Below are positions 1 through 8,244 of a DNA stretch of 30,587 bases, piece after piece. Made by a program: the position numbers and the translations under genes. This DNA is from Bdellovibrionota bacterium. Lineage in GTDB: Bacteria > Bdellovibrionota_C > UBA2361 > JBIKWN01. The stretch is taken from contig JBIKWN010000028.1 in NCBI GenBank assembly GCA_044356295.1, forward strand, positions 1-30,587, written 5' to 3'. Position 1 is the first letter of the stretch. Each line of letters starts with the position of its first letter. Below the pieces are notes generated by a model. The model had not been told where the DNA came from and did not search any database. It worked only from the letters and a program-made list of their open reading frames with translations.

Positions 1-785
1 GCGGACTAAGCGGAGTATCTGGAGAGTCAGGAATATCCGGCGTATCAGGAATCACAGGAATAAGTGGATTGTCAGGAGTATCCGGAGTAACAGGTATTAG
101 CGGATTAAGCGGAGTATCTGGAGAGTCAGGATTATCTGGCGTATCAGGAATAACTGGAATAAGTGGATTTTCTGGAGTATCCGGAGTAACAGGTATTAGC
201 GGATTGTCCGGAGTCTCTGGAGTAACAGGAATAAGTGGATTATCAGGAGTATCCGGAGTAACAGGAGACAGCGGCTTATCAGGAGTGAGTGGACTATCAG
301 GAGTAAGTGGAATTACTGGAATAAGCGGCTTATCTGGAGTAAGTGGAGTCTTAGGATCAGGAATAAATCCATTAGGAGCATGGACGAATGGAGCAAACTA
401 CATATTAGGAGATGTAGTAAGTTTCAGTGGCTCATCATACATATTAATAACAGCGAGTTTAAATAATTCAATAGTAGATCCAGCGACAGATACAACGAAC
501 TGGTCAATCTTTGCATCGATTGGAGTAAGTGGAGTATCAGGAGTATCAGGAGTATCAGGAGTTACTGGAATCAGTGGCTTAAGTGGAGTATCCGGAGTCA
601 CTGGAGTTAGTGGATTAAGTGGAGTTTCAGGAGAGAGTGGATTATCAGGTGTCTCAGGAATCATCGGAGTAAGTGGACTATCAGGAGTATCCGGAGTAAC
701 AGGGATTAGTGGGCTGTCTGGAGTCTCAGGAGTAGCTGGTGTAAGTGGATTGTCAGGAGTAAGTGGAGTAACTGGGATCTCAGGT
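1..785 (+). repeat. Degenerate 9-bp-period coding repeat (GGN-NTN-WSN) with a higher-order GVSGVTGISGLS unit
   Basis: Recurrent ggagtatccggagtaacagg / ggattatcagga units in two blocks (about 1-353 and 522-785) separated by the non-repeat insert. Confidence 0.9.
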
Positions 786-1166
786 GGAGCAATGTACTCA
801 ATTCGAGCAAACGCAGTAAACGTAGCAAGTAGTGCAACAAGATTTATCGGAATAAATGGAGCCTCTGAGCCTAATGCAGCAACTTCAGGCGCAGTTGATC
901 AGTTAATTGTTAATACATGTACTGCCTCAACTTTAAGAGCTCGCGCAACAACAGCTATTGCAACGGGTGAATCGGTAACAATTACGATTCTTGAAAATGG
1001 ATCATCTACTGCTATTACATGTGCTATTACTGATTCACAAAATCCATGCTCTGATTTAATTAATACAGAATCAGTAACAGCAGGTGATAGGCTTTCAGTT
1101 CAACTAACTGGATCAGCAGGGGCTCCGTCATCAGTCGATATTCAAGTTGCATTCGTCTGTAACTAA
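3..1166 (+). CDS. Collagen-like surface protein (5'-partial): proline-free G-X-S/T repeats, internal CBM5/12-like module, C-terminal beta-rich domain
   Basis: The frame is open from base 3 (GGA CTA AGC GGA GTA TCT = GLSGVS...), so the TTG at 69 is not the true start. Gly occurs at every third residue with X mostly V/L/I and Y S/T. An insert at about 360-521 (GAWTNGANYILGDVVSFSGSSY...W) resembles CBM5/12. A non-repetitive Cys-containing C-terminal domain runs from about 783 to 1166. Confidence 0.85.
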   Translation, partial: GLSGVSGESGISGVSGITGISGLSGVSGVTGISGLSGVSGESGLSGVSGITGISGFSGVSGVTGISGLSGVSGVTGISGLSGVSGVTGDSGLSGVSGLSGVSGITGISGLSGVSGVLGSGINPLGAWTNGANYILGDVVSFSGSSYILITASLNNSIVDPATDTTNWSIFASIGVSGVSGVSGVSGVTGISGLSGVSGVTGVSGLSGVSGESGLSGVSGIIGVSGLSGVSGVTGISGLSGVSGVAGVSGLSGVSGVTGISGGAMYSIRANAVNVASSATRFIGINGASEPNAATSGAVDQLIVNTCTASTLRARATTAIATGESVTITILENGSSTAITCAITDSQNPCSDLINTESVTAGDRLSVQLTGSAGAPSSVDIQVAFVCN

Positions 1167-2854
1167 ACTAATTCATAAGGCCAATCAGGACGGAGCTGTT
1201 TAAAAGTTTTAAATGCTTCATTTGCAAAAGCAGTTTCATTTCGCTTGAGTCCGTATTGTGCGAGAAAATACCAAGCAGGAGCAAACTGCTGATGGCTTTG
1301 GATTATCTGTTTTAGTTCATTTTCAGTAGTATCTTTCGAGATTTTCCACCATGAAGTAGGAAGTGAGCCAAGGAGATGCTTAACAGATTCCAATGCGGAT
1401 ACGTCAAAGCGAGGTGCATAACTCAACTCAATACGCACTGATTGAAAAGGCTCTTTCTCCCCAAATAAAAGTAATTCATGAAAGAGCTTTGCTTTTTGAT
1501 AAGGATTAAAGAGCGCTGAGTTGATTTTGTCTCTTTCTATTACAGCATTTCTCACACCAGAATTCTTTTCGCCTGGTATTAACCATCCTTTAGCATTTGT
1601 TTTTAATAAAGTTTCAGAGAGGAAGTTAAATTGATTTTGCGCATGTAGGTCACCAATTTCAGGTAGTATTCCCTTACGTATACCAAAAGGGATAAATTCA
1701 AACGGATTATTAAGAAGTGCATTTGGATCAATGATACCGCTTTCAATATTACAGAGCCTTGAATAGGCATCACGGGAATCGTTGCTAAAATATACAATTG
1801 CACCATACACATCATGAGCAAACATATTCATGATGTGTGTCGAAAAATGATGCTCAACTGATGCAGTTGAAGGAAGTATACTGAGAATATTTCCAACTGC
1901 TTCAGTAAACCCAATTTTTAAAGCCTCTTCAAGTGTTGCACCGGATGCTTTTCTGTATCGAAGATTTATAAGAGTTGTTATTTCCTCAGTTTCCTCGATA
2001 ACATCTTTAATTGCGCTACTTTCCTGTGGATTAGTAAGTGTATCAATAACAGTAATATGGAAATTTTGAAGCGGCTGTTGAATCAGTTGATCTAAGAGAG
2101 CCCCGAATTCCTTAGTTAGTTTACAGACTGGTATAATGACTTCATGAGGACGCTCTGAAGGGAATCTGCGAGCATAGCTTTTGCGAAATGCTCTACCTAG
2201 TTCACGTTGAGGAGATGCGAAAGTTTTACCGGTTAAATTGTCACCATACACTCGAAAAGAAGAGAGCGTTTTTGGAATATAATTTAAGAAAGAATATTTT
2301 TCAGCTAGTCGAAGCCACAGATCAAAATCCATCGAATACTTAAACGTTTCGTCTAAGTATTCTCCATTTGGAAGTTTTACTGATTCAAGTGCTTTTCTAC
2401 TAAAGAACACACTTGGTTGTGAAAGCCATGCTTTAGGTACCCAGTATTTTTCAAGATCGAAAAGAGTTCTAGCTTTATTTGAAATAACTTTTATGGGATT
2501 ACCCTGTCTATCAGCTTCAAAAGAATCGCCTAAAACGATATCGTTATTCTTCATCGCTTCAGCGACTGAATGAAAAGCATCTGGTTGATAGAAATCATCG
2601 GAGTTAATCCATGCAATGATATCACCAGTGGCCTTCCTCATACCTTTATTGAGTGCATTGGAAAGCCCTGAATCTTTTTCAGAAACCCAATTGAGGTGAG
2701 GATACTTTTTTAGAATTTCAACTGTTCCATCAGTTGAGCCACCATCAATAATTATATGCTCAAAGTCTGGATATTTTTGATCAAGTACAGATGTTATCGT
2801 CTTTTCGATAAACTCTGCATGGTTAAATGAGATGGTTATAACTGAAAATTTCAT
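1163..2854 (-). CDS. GT2 family glycosyltransferase with a second degenerate GT-A-like domain and a C-terminal TPR-like helix pair
   Basis: MKFSVITISFNHAEFIEKTITSV, IIIDGGSTDGT, NALNKG and WINSDD (DxD) are typical GT2 motifs. A second EVIIPV...ITVID start follows. The C-terminal APAWYFLAQYGLKRNETAFANEAFKTFKQLRP is TPR-like. Confidence 0.9.
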   Translation of the reverse strand: MKFSVITISFNHAEFIEKTITSVLDQKYPDFEHIIIDGGSTDGTVEILKKYPHLNWVSEKDSGLSNALNKGMRKATGDIIAWINSDDFYQPDAFHSVAEAMKNNDIVLGDSFEADRQGNPIKVISNKARTLFDLEKYWVPKAWLSQPSVFFSRKALESVKLPNGEYLDETFKYSMDFDLWLRLAEKYSFLNYIPKTLSSFRVYGDNLTGKTFASPQRELGRAFRKSYARRFPSERPHEVIIPVCKLTKEFGALLDQLIQQPLQNFHITVIDTLTNPQESSAIKDVIEETEEITTLINLRYRKASGATLEEALKIGFTEAVGNILSILPSTASVEHHFSTHIMNMFAHDVYGAIVYFSNDSRDAYSRLCNIESGIIDPNALLNNPFEFIPFGIRKGILPEIGDLHAQNQFNFLSETLLKTNAKGWLIPGEKNSGVRNAVIERDKINSALFNPYQKAKLFHELLLFGEKEPFQSVRIELSYAPRFDVSALESVKHLLGSLPTSWWKISKDTTENELKQIIQSHQQFAPAWYFLAQYGLKRNETAFANEAFKTFKQLRPDWPYELV

Positions 2855-2878
2855 TAGTAGAGGTTTTCTGTGCCTCTC

Positions 2879-4408
2879 TTATCCTAACGATATTCGAGGA
2901 AACAAAATATCCTCTTTTTTAATCTCAAGCCCTTCTTTTAGCACTCCCCAAACCTGTGCATCAGAAAGAGTGGGCTTCTTTGAAATTCCAAACTGTAGAA
3001 GTATTTTTTCGCACTTTTCTGGCATTACAGGTGATAAGAGGACTGCAGCAATGCGAAGTACCTCAAGGCAAACGCTCAGGCATTCACCTGTTTTTTCTTT
3101 ATCTTCTTTGACCAGTTTCCAAGGGGCTATCTCATCTATGTATTTGTTTGTTGCAGTTAAAAGTTCAATAACTACTCCAATAGCAGCTTGAGGAGCCATT
3201 CGAAGAATTTCATCTTTTACCTTTGAAGCTGTTGATAAGGCTAACTCTTGAATTAACTTTGATTGAGGGAGTAAACCTTTCTCTGCTGGTTTTTTACAGT
3301 CGTAATATTTTTCAACAAGATTGGTAATTCGACTTAATAGGTTACCCAAGTTGTTTGATAATTCACTGTTAATCCGATTAACGACAATTTGTGGAGAAAA
3401 AGAAGCATCGTTTCCTAAAACTGTTTCTCTAATAAGAAAATAGCGAAACGGATCAGTACCAACAAGGTTTTGCATATCAAGAGGACTCACTACTTTACCC
3501 TCTGATTTACTCATTTTTCCACCATCATCATTGAGCCACCATCCATGTGCAAAAACTTGTTTTGGAAGTGGAAGACCAAGTGCCATGAGCATTGTCGTCC
3601 AATAAACGGTGTGTGTGATTAGGATATCTTTTCCGAGTAAATGAACTGTATGAGGCCATAAACGGTCAAAGTTCTTTTGCCGTTCCTCACCTTGCTTTAA
3701 ACCGATTGCGGAGCAGTAGTTAAGGAGTGCATCAAACCATACATAGGTAACAAAATCCTTATCAAAAGGAATTTCAATTCCCCAAGATAGCCTTGCTTTG
3801 GGGCGACTAATACACAGATCTTGAAGCGGCTGTCTTAAAAACCCAAGCACCTCGCTTCTTTTACCATCAGGTTGAATAAAAAGAGGGTTCTTATCAATGT
3901 AATCAATCAAAGCTGCTTGATACTTTGACATTTTAAAGAAGTAATTTTTTTCAGAGATCTTTGTTACATCTTTGCCCATTGGGCTTTTCCCGTTTACAAG
4001 ATCTTTTTCTGTATAGAAAATCTCTTCACTAACTGAATACCACCCTTCGTATTCATGGGCATAGATATCACCTTTATCAAAGAGCTCTTGCAGGCAGTCT
4101 TGAACTACCTTTGTGTGATATGGAAAAGTTGTTCTCATAAAAATATCATAATCGATATTTAATTCTTTCCATGCTTCTTGAAAACGAACGCAAAGTTCAT
4201 CGCAATGCACTTGTGGGGGAAGTCCTCTTTTTTCTGCTGCAGCTTGTACTTTTTGACCATGCTCATCTGTGCCAGTAAGAAAGAATGATTCTTCGTTGAA
4301 GAGCTTGTGATATCTGTGTAAGACGTCTGCGACAACGGTAGTATAAGCATGCCCAATGTGCGGCACATCATTTACATAATAGATTGGTGTTGTGACATAA
4401 AAAGTCAT
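2879..4408 (-). CDS. metG: Methionine--tRNA ligase (short form, Cys-less knuckle)
   Basis: FYVTTPIYYVNDVPHIGHAYT (HIGH), TGTDEHGQK, YVWFDALLNY, GKDI and KMSKS. Confidence 0.98.
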   Translation of the reverse strand: MTFYVTTPIYYVNDVPHIGHAYTTVVADVLHRYHKLFNEESFFLTGTDEHGQKVQAAAEKRGLPPQVHCDELCVRFQEAWKELNIDYDIFMRTTFPYHTKVVQDCLQELFDKGDIYAHEYEGWYSVSEEIFYTEKDLVNGKSPMGKDVTKISEKNYFFKMSKYQAALIDYIDKNPLFIQPDGKRSEVLGFLRQPLQDLCISRPKARLSWGIEIPFDKDFVTYVWFDALLNYCSAIGLKQGEERQKNFDRLWPHTVHLLGKDILITHTVYWTTMLMALGLPLPKQVFAHGWWLNDDGGKMSKSEGKVVSPLDMQNLVGTDPFRYFLIRETVLGNDASFSPQIVVNRINSELSNNLGNLLSRITNLVEKYYDCKKPAEKGLLPQSKLIQELALSTASKVKDEILRMAPQAAIGVVIELLTATNKYIDEIAPWKLVKEDKEKTGECLSVCLEVLRIAAVLLSPVMPEKCEKILLQFGISKKPTLSDAQVWGVLKEGLEIKKEDILFPRISLG

Positions 4409-5778
4409 CGTTTAAATAAACCTCCCAGATTTCCAATTCCCTTCATTCCGCCACCCATCATATTCATCATTCCACCGAGTCCCATCTTAGAGACCTGATT
4501 CATCATTTTTTTCATCTCGGTAAATTGTTTTAACAGAGTATTAATATCTTCAACTCTTGTGCCAGATCCTTTTGCAATACGTTTACGACGACTGCCATTT
4601 AAGATTTCGGGTGCTGCCCTTTCTTTTGGAGTCATTGAAAGAATGATAGCTTCAACTTTGCTCATTTCTTTCTCTGCTTTTTCAGGATCGACTTGTTTCA
4701 CGAGTTTATCCATTCCAGGAATCATTCCTGCAAGGCTTGTGATACTTCCCATTTTTTTTATCATTTTCATTTGATTGAGGAAGTCTTGTAGATCGAATGT
4801 ATTTTTCTTGAACTTTTTTTGAAGCGCCAACGTTTCTTCAATACTTACTTCTTTTGAAGCTTTTTCAATCAAGGTCAGAACATCGCCCATGCCAAGAATC
4901 CTCGAAGCGATTCTTTCTGGGTGAAATACTTCGAGACCATCTAATTTCTCAGCAACACCAATAAATTTAATTGGCTTGCCGGTTACAGCTCGCATTGATA
5001 AGGCGGCTCCACCTCGTGCATCACCATCAAATTTTGTCAGAATAAGGCCGTCGATTTCTAAAGCGGCATCGAACCCTTCTGCCACACGGACAGATTCTTG
5101 TCCAGTCATAGCATCAGCAACTAATAGGATTTCATGTGGCTCAATCGCGGCAGAGATCTCTTGAAGCTCTTTCATGAGATCCGTATCTATTTGAAGTCGA
5201 CCTGCAGTATCTATGATGACAGTATCGAGGCCATGATTTTTAGCGAACTGGACAGCGTTCTTTGCAATCTCAAGTGGATCTTGGTTTTCATTTGAATCAA
5301 ATACTTGCACACCAGCTTGAGCTCCAAGAGTTTTTAGCTGAGTTATAGCAGCAGCTCTGTAAACGTCTGCAGGTACTAATAAAGGAGATCGTCTTAGTTC
5401 TTGTTTAATGTACTTGGCAAGTTTAGCGCAGGTCGTGGTTTTTCCTGATCCTTGAAGTCCAACCAACATGATGATTGCAGGCGGAGCCACTTTAAGATCT
5501 AGTTCAGTCGATTGTGCTCCCATCATTTCAATGAGCTGTTCGTGGACAAGTTTAATAACTTGTTGAGCAGGAGATAAGCTTTTTAAAACTGATTCACCAA
5601 CAGCTAAGCTTTCAACTTTTTGGCAAAATTCTTTTGCAACTTTAAAATTTACATCAGCTTCCAAAAGAGCTACGCGAACTTCTTTGAGAGTTTCACTAAC
5701 GTCTTTTTCAGTGAGGGTTCCACGCCCTCTAATTTTATTAAAAGCTGCCTCGAGCTTGCCTTGGAGTGAATCAAACAT
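4405..5778 (-). CDS. ffh: Signal recognition particle protein Ffh
   Basis: ALLEADV, GLQGSGKTTT, DTAGRLQ, TKFDGDARGGAALS, ERIASRILGMGD and a Met-rich M domain. Its TGA overlaps the metG ATG (ATGA). Confidence 0.98.
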   Translation of the reverse strand: MFDSLQGKLEAAFNKIRGRGTLTEKDVSETLKEVRVALLEADVNFKVAKEFCQKVESLAVGESVLKSLSPAQQVIKLVHEQLIEMMGAQSTELDLKVAPPAIIMLVGLQGSGKTTTCAKLAKYIKQELRRSPLLVPADVYRAAAITQLKTLGAQAGVQVFDSNENQDPLEIAKNAVQFAKNHGLDTVIIDTAGRLQIDTDLMKELQEISAAIEPHEILLVADAMTGQESVRVAEGFDAALEIDGLILTKFDGDARGGAALSMRAVTGKPIKFIGVAEKLDGLEVFHPERIASRILGMGDVLTLIEKASKEVSIEETLALQKKFKKNTFDLQDFLNQMKMIKKMGSITSLAGMIPGMDKLVKQVDPEKAEKEMSKVEAIILSMTPKERAAPEILNGSRRKRIAKGSGTRVEDINTLLKQFTEMKKMMNQVSKMGLGGMMNMMGGGMKGIGNLGGLFKR

Positions 5779-5849
5779 AGCTATTATGGTAGCTTTTATT
5801 GCAATTTCTTACAAAACGAGCTCACCCTGAACGCCTAAATAACTTTCAG

Positions 5850-6590
5850 TTAAGAAAAATCCAAAGAAAGTGGAGAAGGCCCTTTTTGGGTCACAACACC
5901 AAGAGCAGTTGAGGGGTCTAAGTTTGCTTCTTTAGCAACACTGACTGAAACTCTGAAAGCGTCGTCTTCAGACCTTATAGCACTTGGTCTTTTTAAAGCT
6001 TCAGTTTCAACTTTAACGCCTTCAGTTGCACCCATAACCGATTCTCTAAGCGCGGCAAATTGAGCCTGAGCTTTTGCAACAATATTTCTTGTCATCAAAA
6101 CTCCAGCTCGCGTTGATAATACAAGACTTGGAGGTTGAGCCGGCGGTTCTGGTACGATTGTTTCAAGCGCTTGCTCTGAAGATGAAGAAACTGAAGTAGG
6201 TACTGATTTCGTAGAGACAGTAGTTCGTAATCCAGATCCAACTTTCTGAATTTCTGCCATAATCTCTGTAACTTCTTGTTGCAGTTTGTAAACTTGATCG
6301 CTTGATGCGTTGGTTACTTGACTTGTTATTCCTGCAACACTTCGAAGTAGTGCTGAGATCTTCTCTGCTTGCTCTGAAAGAACATTAATTGATCCTACAG
6401 AGATATTAGCTTTTTCAAGCTTCTGATTTCTGAGCGTTACAGCAACAGTTCTATCATCTGATAGATCTTTACTATCAACTATACTAACTTCTTGAGGAAT
6501 AGCTTCTTTGATTTTTTGTTCTGATTGAACTGGCACAGTTGAAGAAGCAGAAGCGCCATTTATATTATTTTGTACATCCTTTACATCCAT
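5850..6590 (-). CDS. Hypothetical protein, probable degenerate flagellin-like protein
   Basis: EKANISVGSINVLSEQAEKISALLRSVAGITSQVTNASSDQVYKLQQEVTEIMAEIQKV echoes the flagellin N-terminal D1 helices. LSTRAG...AQAQFAALRESVMGA...SAIRSEDDA...ANLDPSTALGVVTQKGPSPLSL echoes the flagellin C-terminus. A GGAGGT RBS (6594-6599) and a sigma-28-like promoter lie upstream. Alignment was by eye only. Confidence 0.6.
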   Translation of the reverse strand: MDVKDVQNNINGASASSTVPVQSEQKIKEAIPQEVSIVDSKDLSDDRTVAVTLRNQKLEKANISVGSINVLSEQAEKISALLRSVAGITSQVTNASSDQVYKLQQEVTEIMAEIQKVGSGLRTTVSTKSVPTSVSSSSEQALETIVPEPPAQPPSLVLSTRAGVLMTRNIVAKAQAQFAALRESVMGATEGVKVETEALKRPSAIRSEDDAFRVSVSVAKEANLDPSTALGVVTQKGPSPLSLDFS

Positions 6591-6650
6591 ACTACCTCCA
6601 TCACGTCCTTGTAATGGTACTTACACAACAAACTTGTCATGTAACAATAT

Positions 6651-6677
6651 TAGTCGGCAGAATTTTCCATAGCTTAA
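6651..6677 (-). promoter_or_regulatory. Sigma-28 (FliA)-type promoter
   Basis: The minus strand reads TTAAG-N14-GCCGACTA, versus consensus TAAAG-N14-GCCGATAA, 60 nt upstream of the flagellin-like ORF. Confidence 0.65.
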
Positions 6678-6735
6678 CAGATAGGCAAAGCGCCAAGTTG
6701 AAAATCTATATATTTCGTAGAAAAAATATCAGCTC

Positions 6736-7110
6736 TTACATGACGCCAATAAGCGATCTGATCATCGAGTAGGGGATTTTCTTACAAGTTATTCGAATTC
6801 CATCTTGGGTTTGCAGTATTGAAAAGCAGTCCCACCGTTCAGCACCAAGCTCATTGAGCCTTCCTTCAACCGTTTGCCCAGAGTAAGGGGTCTGTATGGT
6901 TTCAACTCTATATTCAATTTTAAATACTGCCTGGGCGCCATCAGTAGCTTTTTCAGAGATAGATCCTGCTATAGGAGCAATCTGACTTGATAAATTACTG
7001 ACCTTAGATTTCATTTCATCCAGAGATTGCTGATTGATTGGATCTTGGCATCCGCAAAGGTGAACTACTAGAAAAGTAAAGATAAAGAAGAAGCTTGATA
7101 CTTTGCTCAT
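6736..7110 (-). CDS. Lipoprotein with a C-terminal DUF4177-like domain
   Basis: Signal peptide with lipobox-like HLCGC. EYRVETI...VEGRLNELGAERWDCFSI matches the DUF4177 pattern EYKV...LNELGxxGWE. Confidence 0.65.
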   Translation of the reverse strand: MSKVSSFFFIFTFLVVHLCGCQDPINQQSLDEMKSKVSNLSSQIAPIAGSISEKATDGAQAVFKIEYRVETIQTPYSGQTVEGRLNELGAERWDCFSILQTQDGIRITCKKIPYSMIRSLIGVM

Positions 7111-7169
7111 GTACGATTTTTAGCGTACTTAGATAGAATTCACCAGCTTCTAATAGTTTTTTACACCAA

Positions 7170-7247
7170 CCCCGTGACCTTGAGCGTAGGCGTGAGCGTG
7201 ACCTAGATTGTTCGCTCACGCCTACGCTCAGGCTCACGGTCACGGGG
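7170..7247. repeat. GC-rich REP-like hairpin built from hexamer repeats (CGTGAC/CGTGAG/CGTAGG)
   Basis: The left arm ccccgtgacc-t-tgagcgtaggcgtgagcg (7170-7198) pairs with the right arm 7213-7247, which carries one extra hexamer. The loop is 14 nt. Confidence 0.9.
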
Positions 7248-7290
7248 AAAAGAAAACTTTATTTTATGATACTGGAATAAGACAGCAGAA

Positions 7291-7875
7291 TTACCAGTCA
7301 GGTAATTTATCAGATTGATATTTTTCTTTATTTAAAACATCCCTTAATTGTTCAAGAGAGTGAAGAGTTTTTCTTCTCACTACTTCCAGCTCTTGATTCG
7401 CTGTTGCTTGAGAAGTGATAATCCCAAGTTTAATCACGCAAGCAGTAATGTAGGTATTTGCCCGCTCCTTCCATTCATACAGGGAGTTAAGACGTGCATT
7501 TGTAAGAGATGTAATTTCTTTAAAAGGTTTTTTTCTTGGATTATCAATATATGATATTAATTTTTCTGCAGAAGCGTAGTTGTTATCATCAATAAATTTT
7601 TTGATGTCATCATTAGCTACTAAAAGTTGGTTCCTAATCTTAATTGCCTCAGGAAGTCCTGCTTCATTTAGTGTTTGAAAGTATTTACCAGCATTTTCTT
7701 CGAGTAGAGAAAGTTGATTAAAGAATGCCTGCTGTCTCCTACGGAGCTTCAAGAAGCTTGCTTCAACTTGCTCCTTAGTCGAGTTAGAACCAGACTTGCT
7801 GTGAAAGTAACAGGTGAGGGTATAGGCAGTACTCATTACGAGAATAACGTATGTAGAAAGTTCAAGATTCATCAC
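7291..7875 (-). CDS. Hypothetical protein with an N-terminal hydrophobic anchor and helical/coiled-coil body
   Basis: 194-codon ORF with hydrophobic YVILVMSTAYTLTCYF followed by amphipathic helices; no recognised motif. Confidence 0.65.
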   Translation of the reverse strand: MMNLELSTYVILVMSTAYTLTCYFHSKSGSNSTKEQVEASFLKLRRRQQAFFNQLSLLEENAGKYFQTLNEAGLPEAIKIRNQLLVANDDIKKFIDDNNYASAEKLISYIDNPRKKPFKEITSLTNARLNSLYEWKERANTYITACVIKLGIITSQATANQELEVVRRKTLHSLEQLRDVLNKEKYQSDKLPDW

Positions 7876-7915
7876 GAAGAATACCCTCAGTTTAGCTTTT
7901 CATTTTGTAAGATTA

Positions 7916-7943
7916 TTGTCGGAATTCGTCAGGATAAGCTAAA
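7916..7943 (-). promoter_or_regulatory. Possible sigma-28-type promoter
   Basis: The minus strand reads TTTAG-N15-TCCGACAA, 40 nt upstream of the 7875 start. Confidence 0.35.
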
Positions 7944-8058
7944 GTGAAAAATACAATCTTTAACAGAATATAGGAATTAAACTTAAGTCTTCTATATTTT
8001 ACTATAATTTACAGTGTTTTAAGTATAGATCTCTCGATAATTAACTTATGCTTTTAAT

Positions 8059-8244
8059 ATGTTACTAAATTTATCCCTATCTCGGTTTTTACCTTTATTT
8101 TTACTAACACTAGTAAGTTTGCTCGGTATTTTTCTGTCTGAACAATCAGTACCGGAGCTAGCCCTAGACCCTCGATTATTATCAGCGGGAGACACAGCCT
8201 GGATGCTAACAGCTACAGCTCTAGTTTTATTAATGACTCATTGA
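8059..8244 (+). pseudogene. amtB: 5' remnant of an ammonium transporter (signal-like segment plus first TM helix)
   Basis: LSAGDTAWMLTATALVLLMT is the conserved Amt TM1. It is followed by H-stop instead of the usual PGLALFYGG. Confidence 0.85.

Noticed and set aside
398..664. Minus-strand PETPD/TP-repeat ORF
   Set aside because: Antisense shadow of the Gly-X-Ser repeat; GGA codons read as Pro-containing triplets on the other strand.
1..785. Repeat block as a CRISPR array
   Set aside because: In-frame 9-bp periodicity with synonymous variation, no unique spacers and no cas genes.
2832..5164. Short ORFs antisense to or out of frame within metG and ffh
   Set aside because: Almost entirely contained in well-conserved genes and have no motifs. 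The same applies to the small ORFs inside the receptor, GT4, ABC-F, GT-C and FG-GAP genes.
7016..7243. 75-aa ORF with RSRSRLRSRSR
   Set aside because: Translation of the hexamer hairpin; overlaps the lipoprotein gene out of frame.
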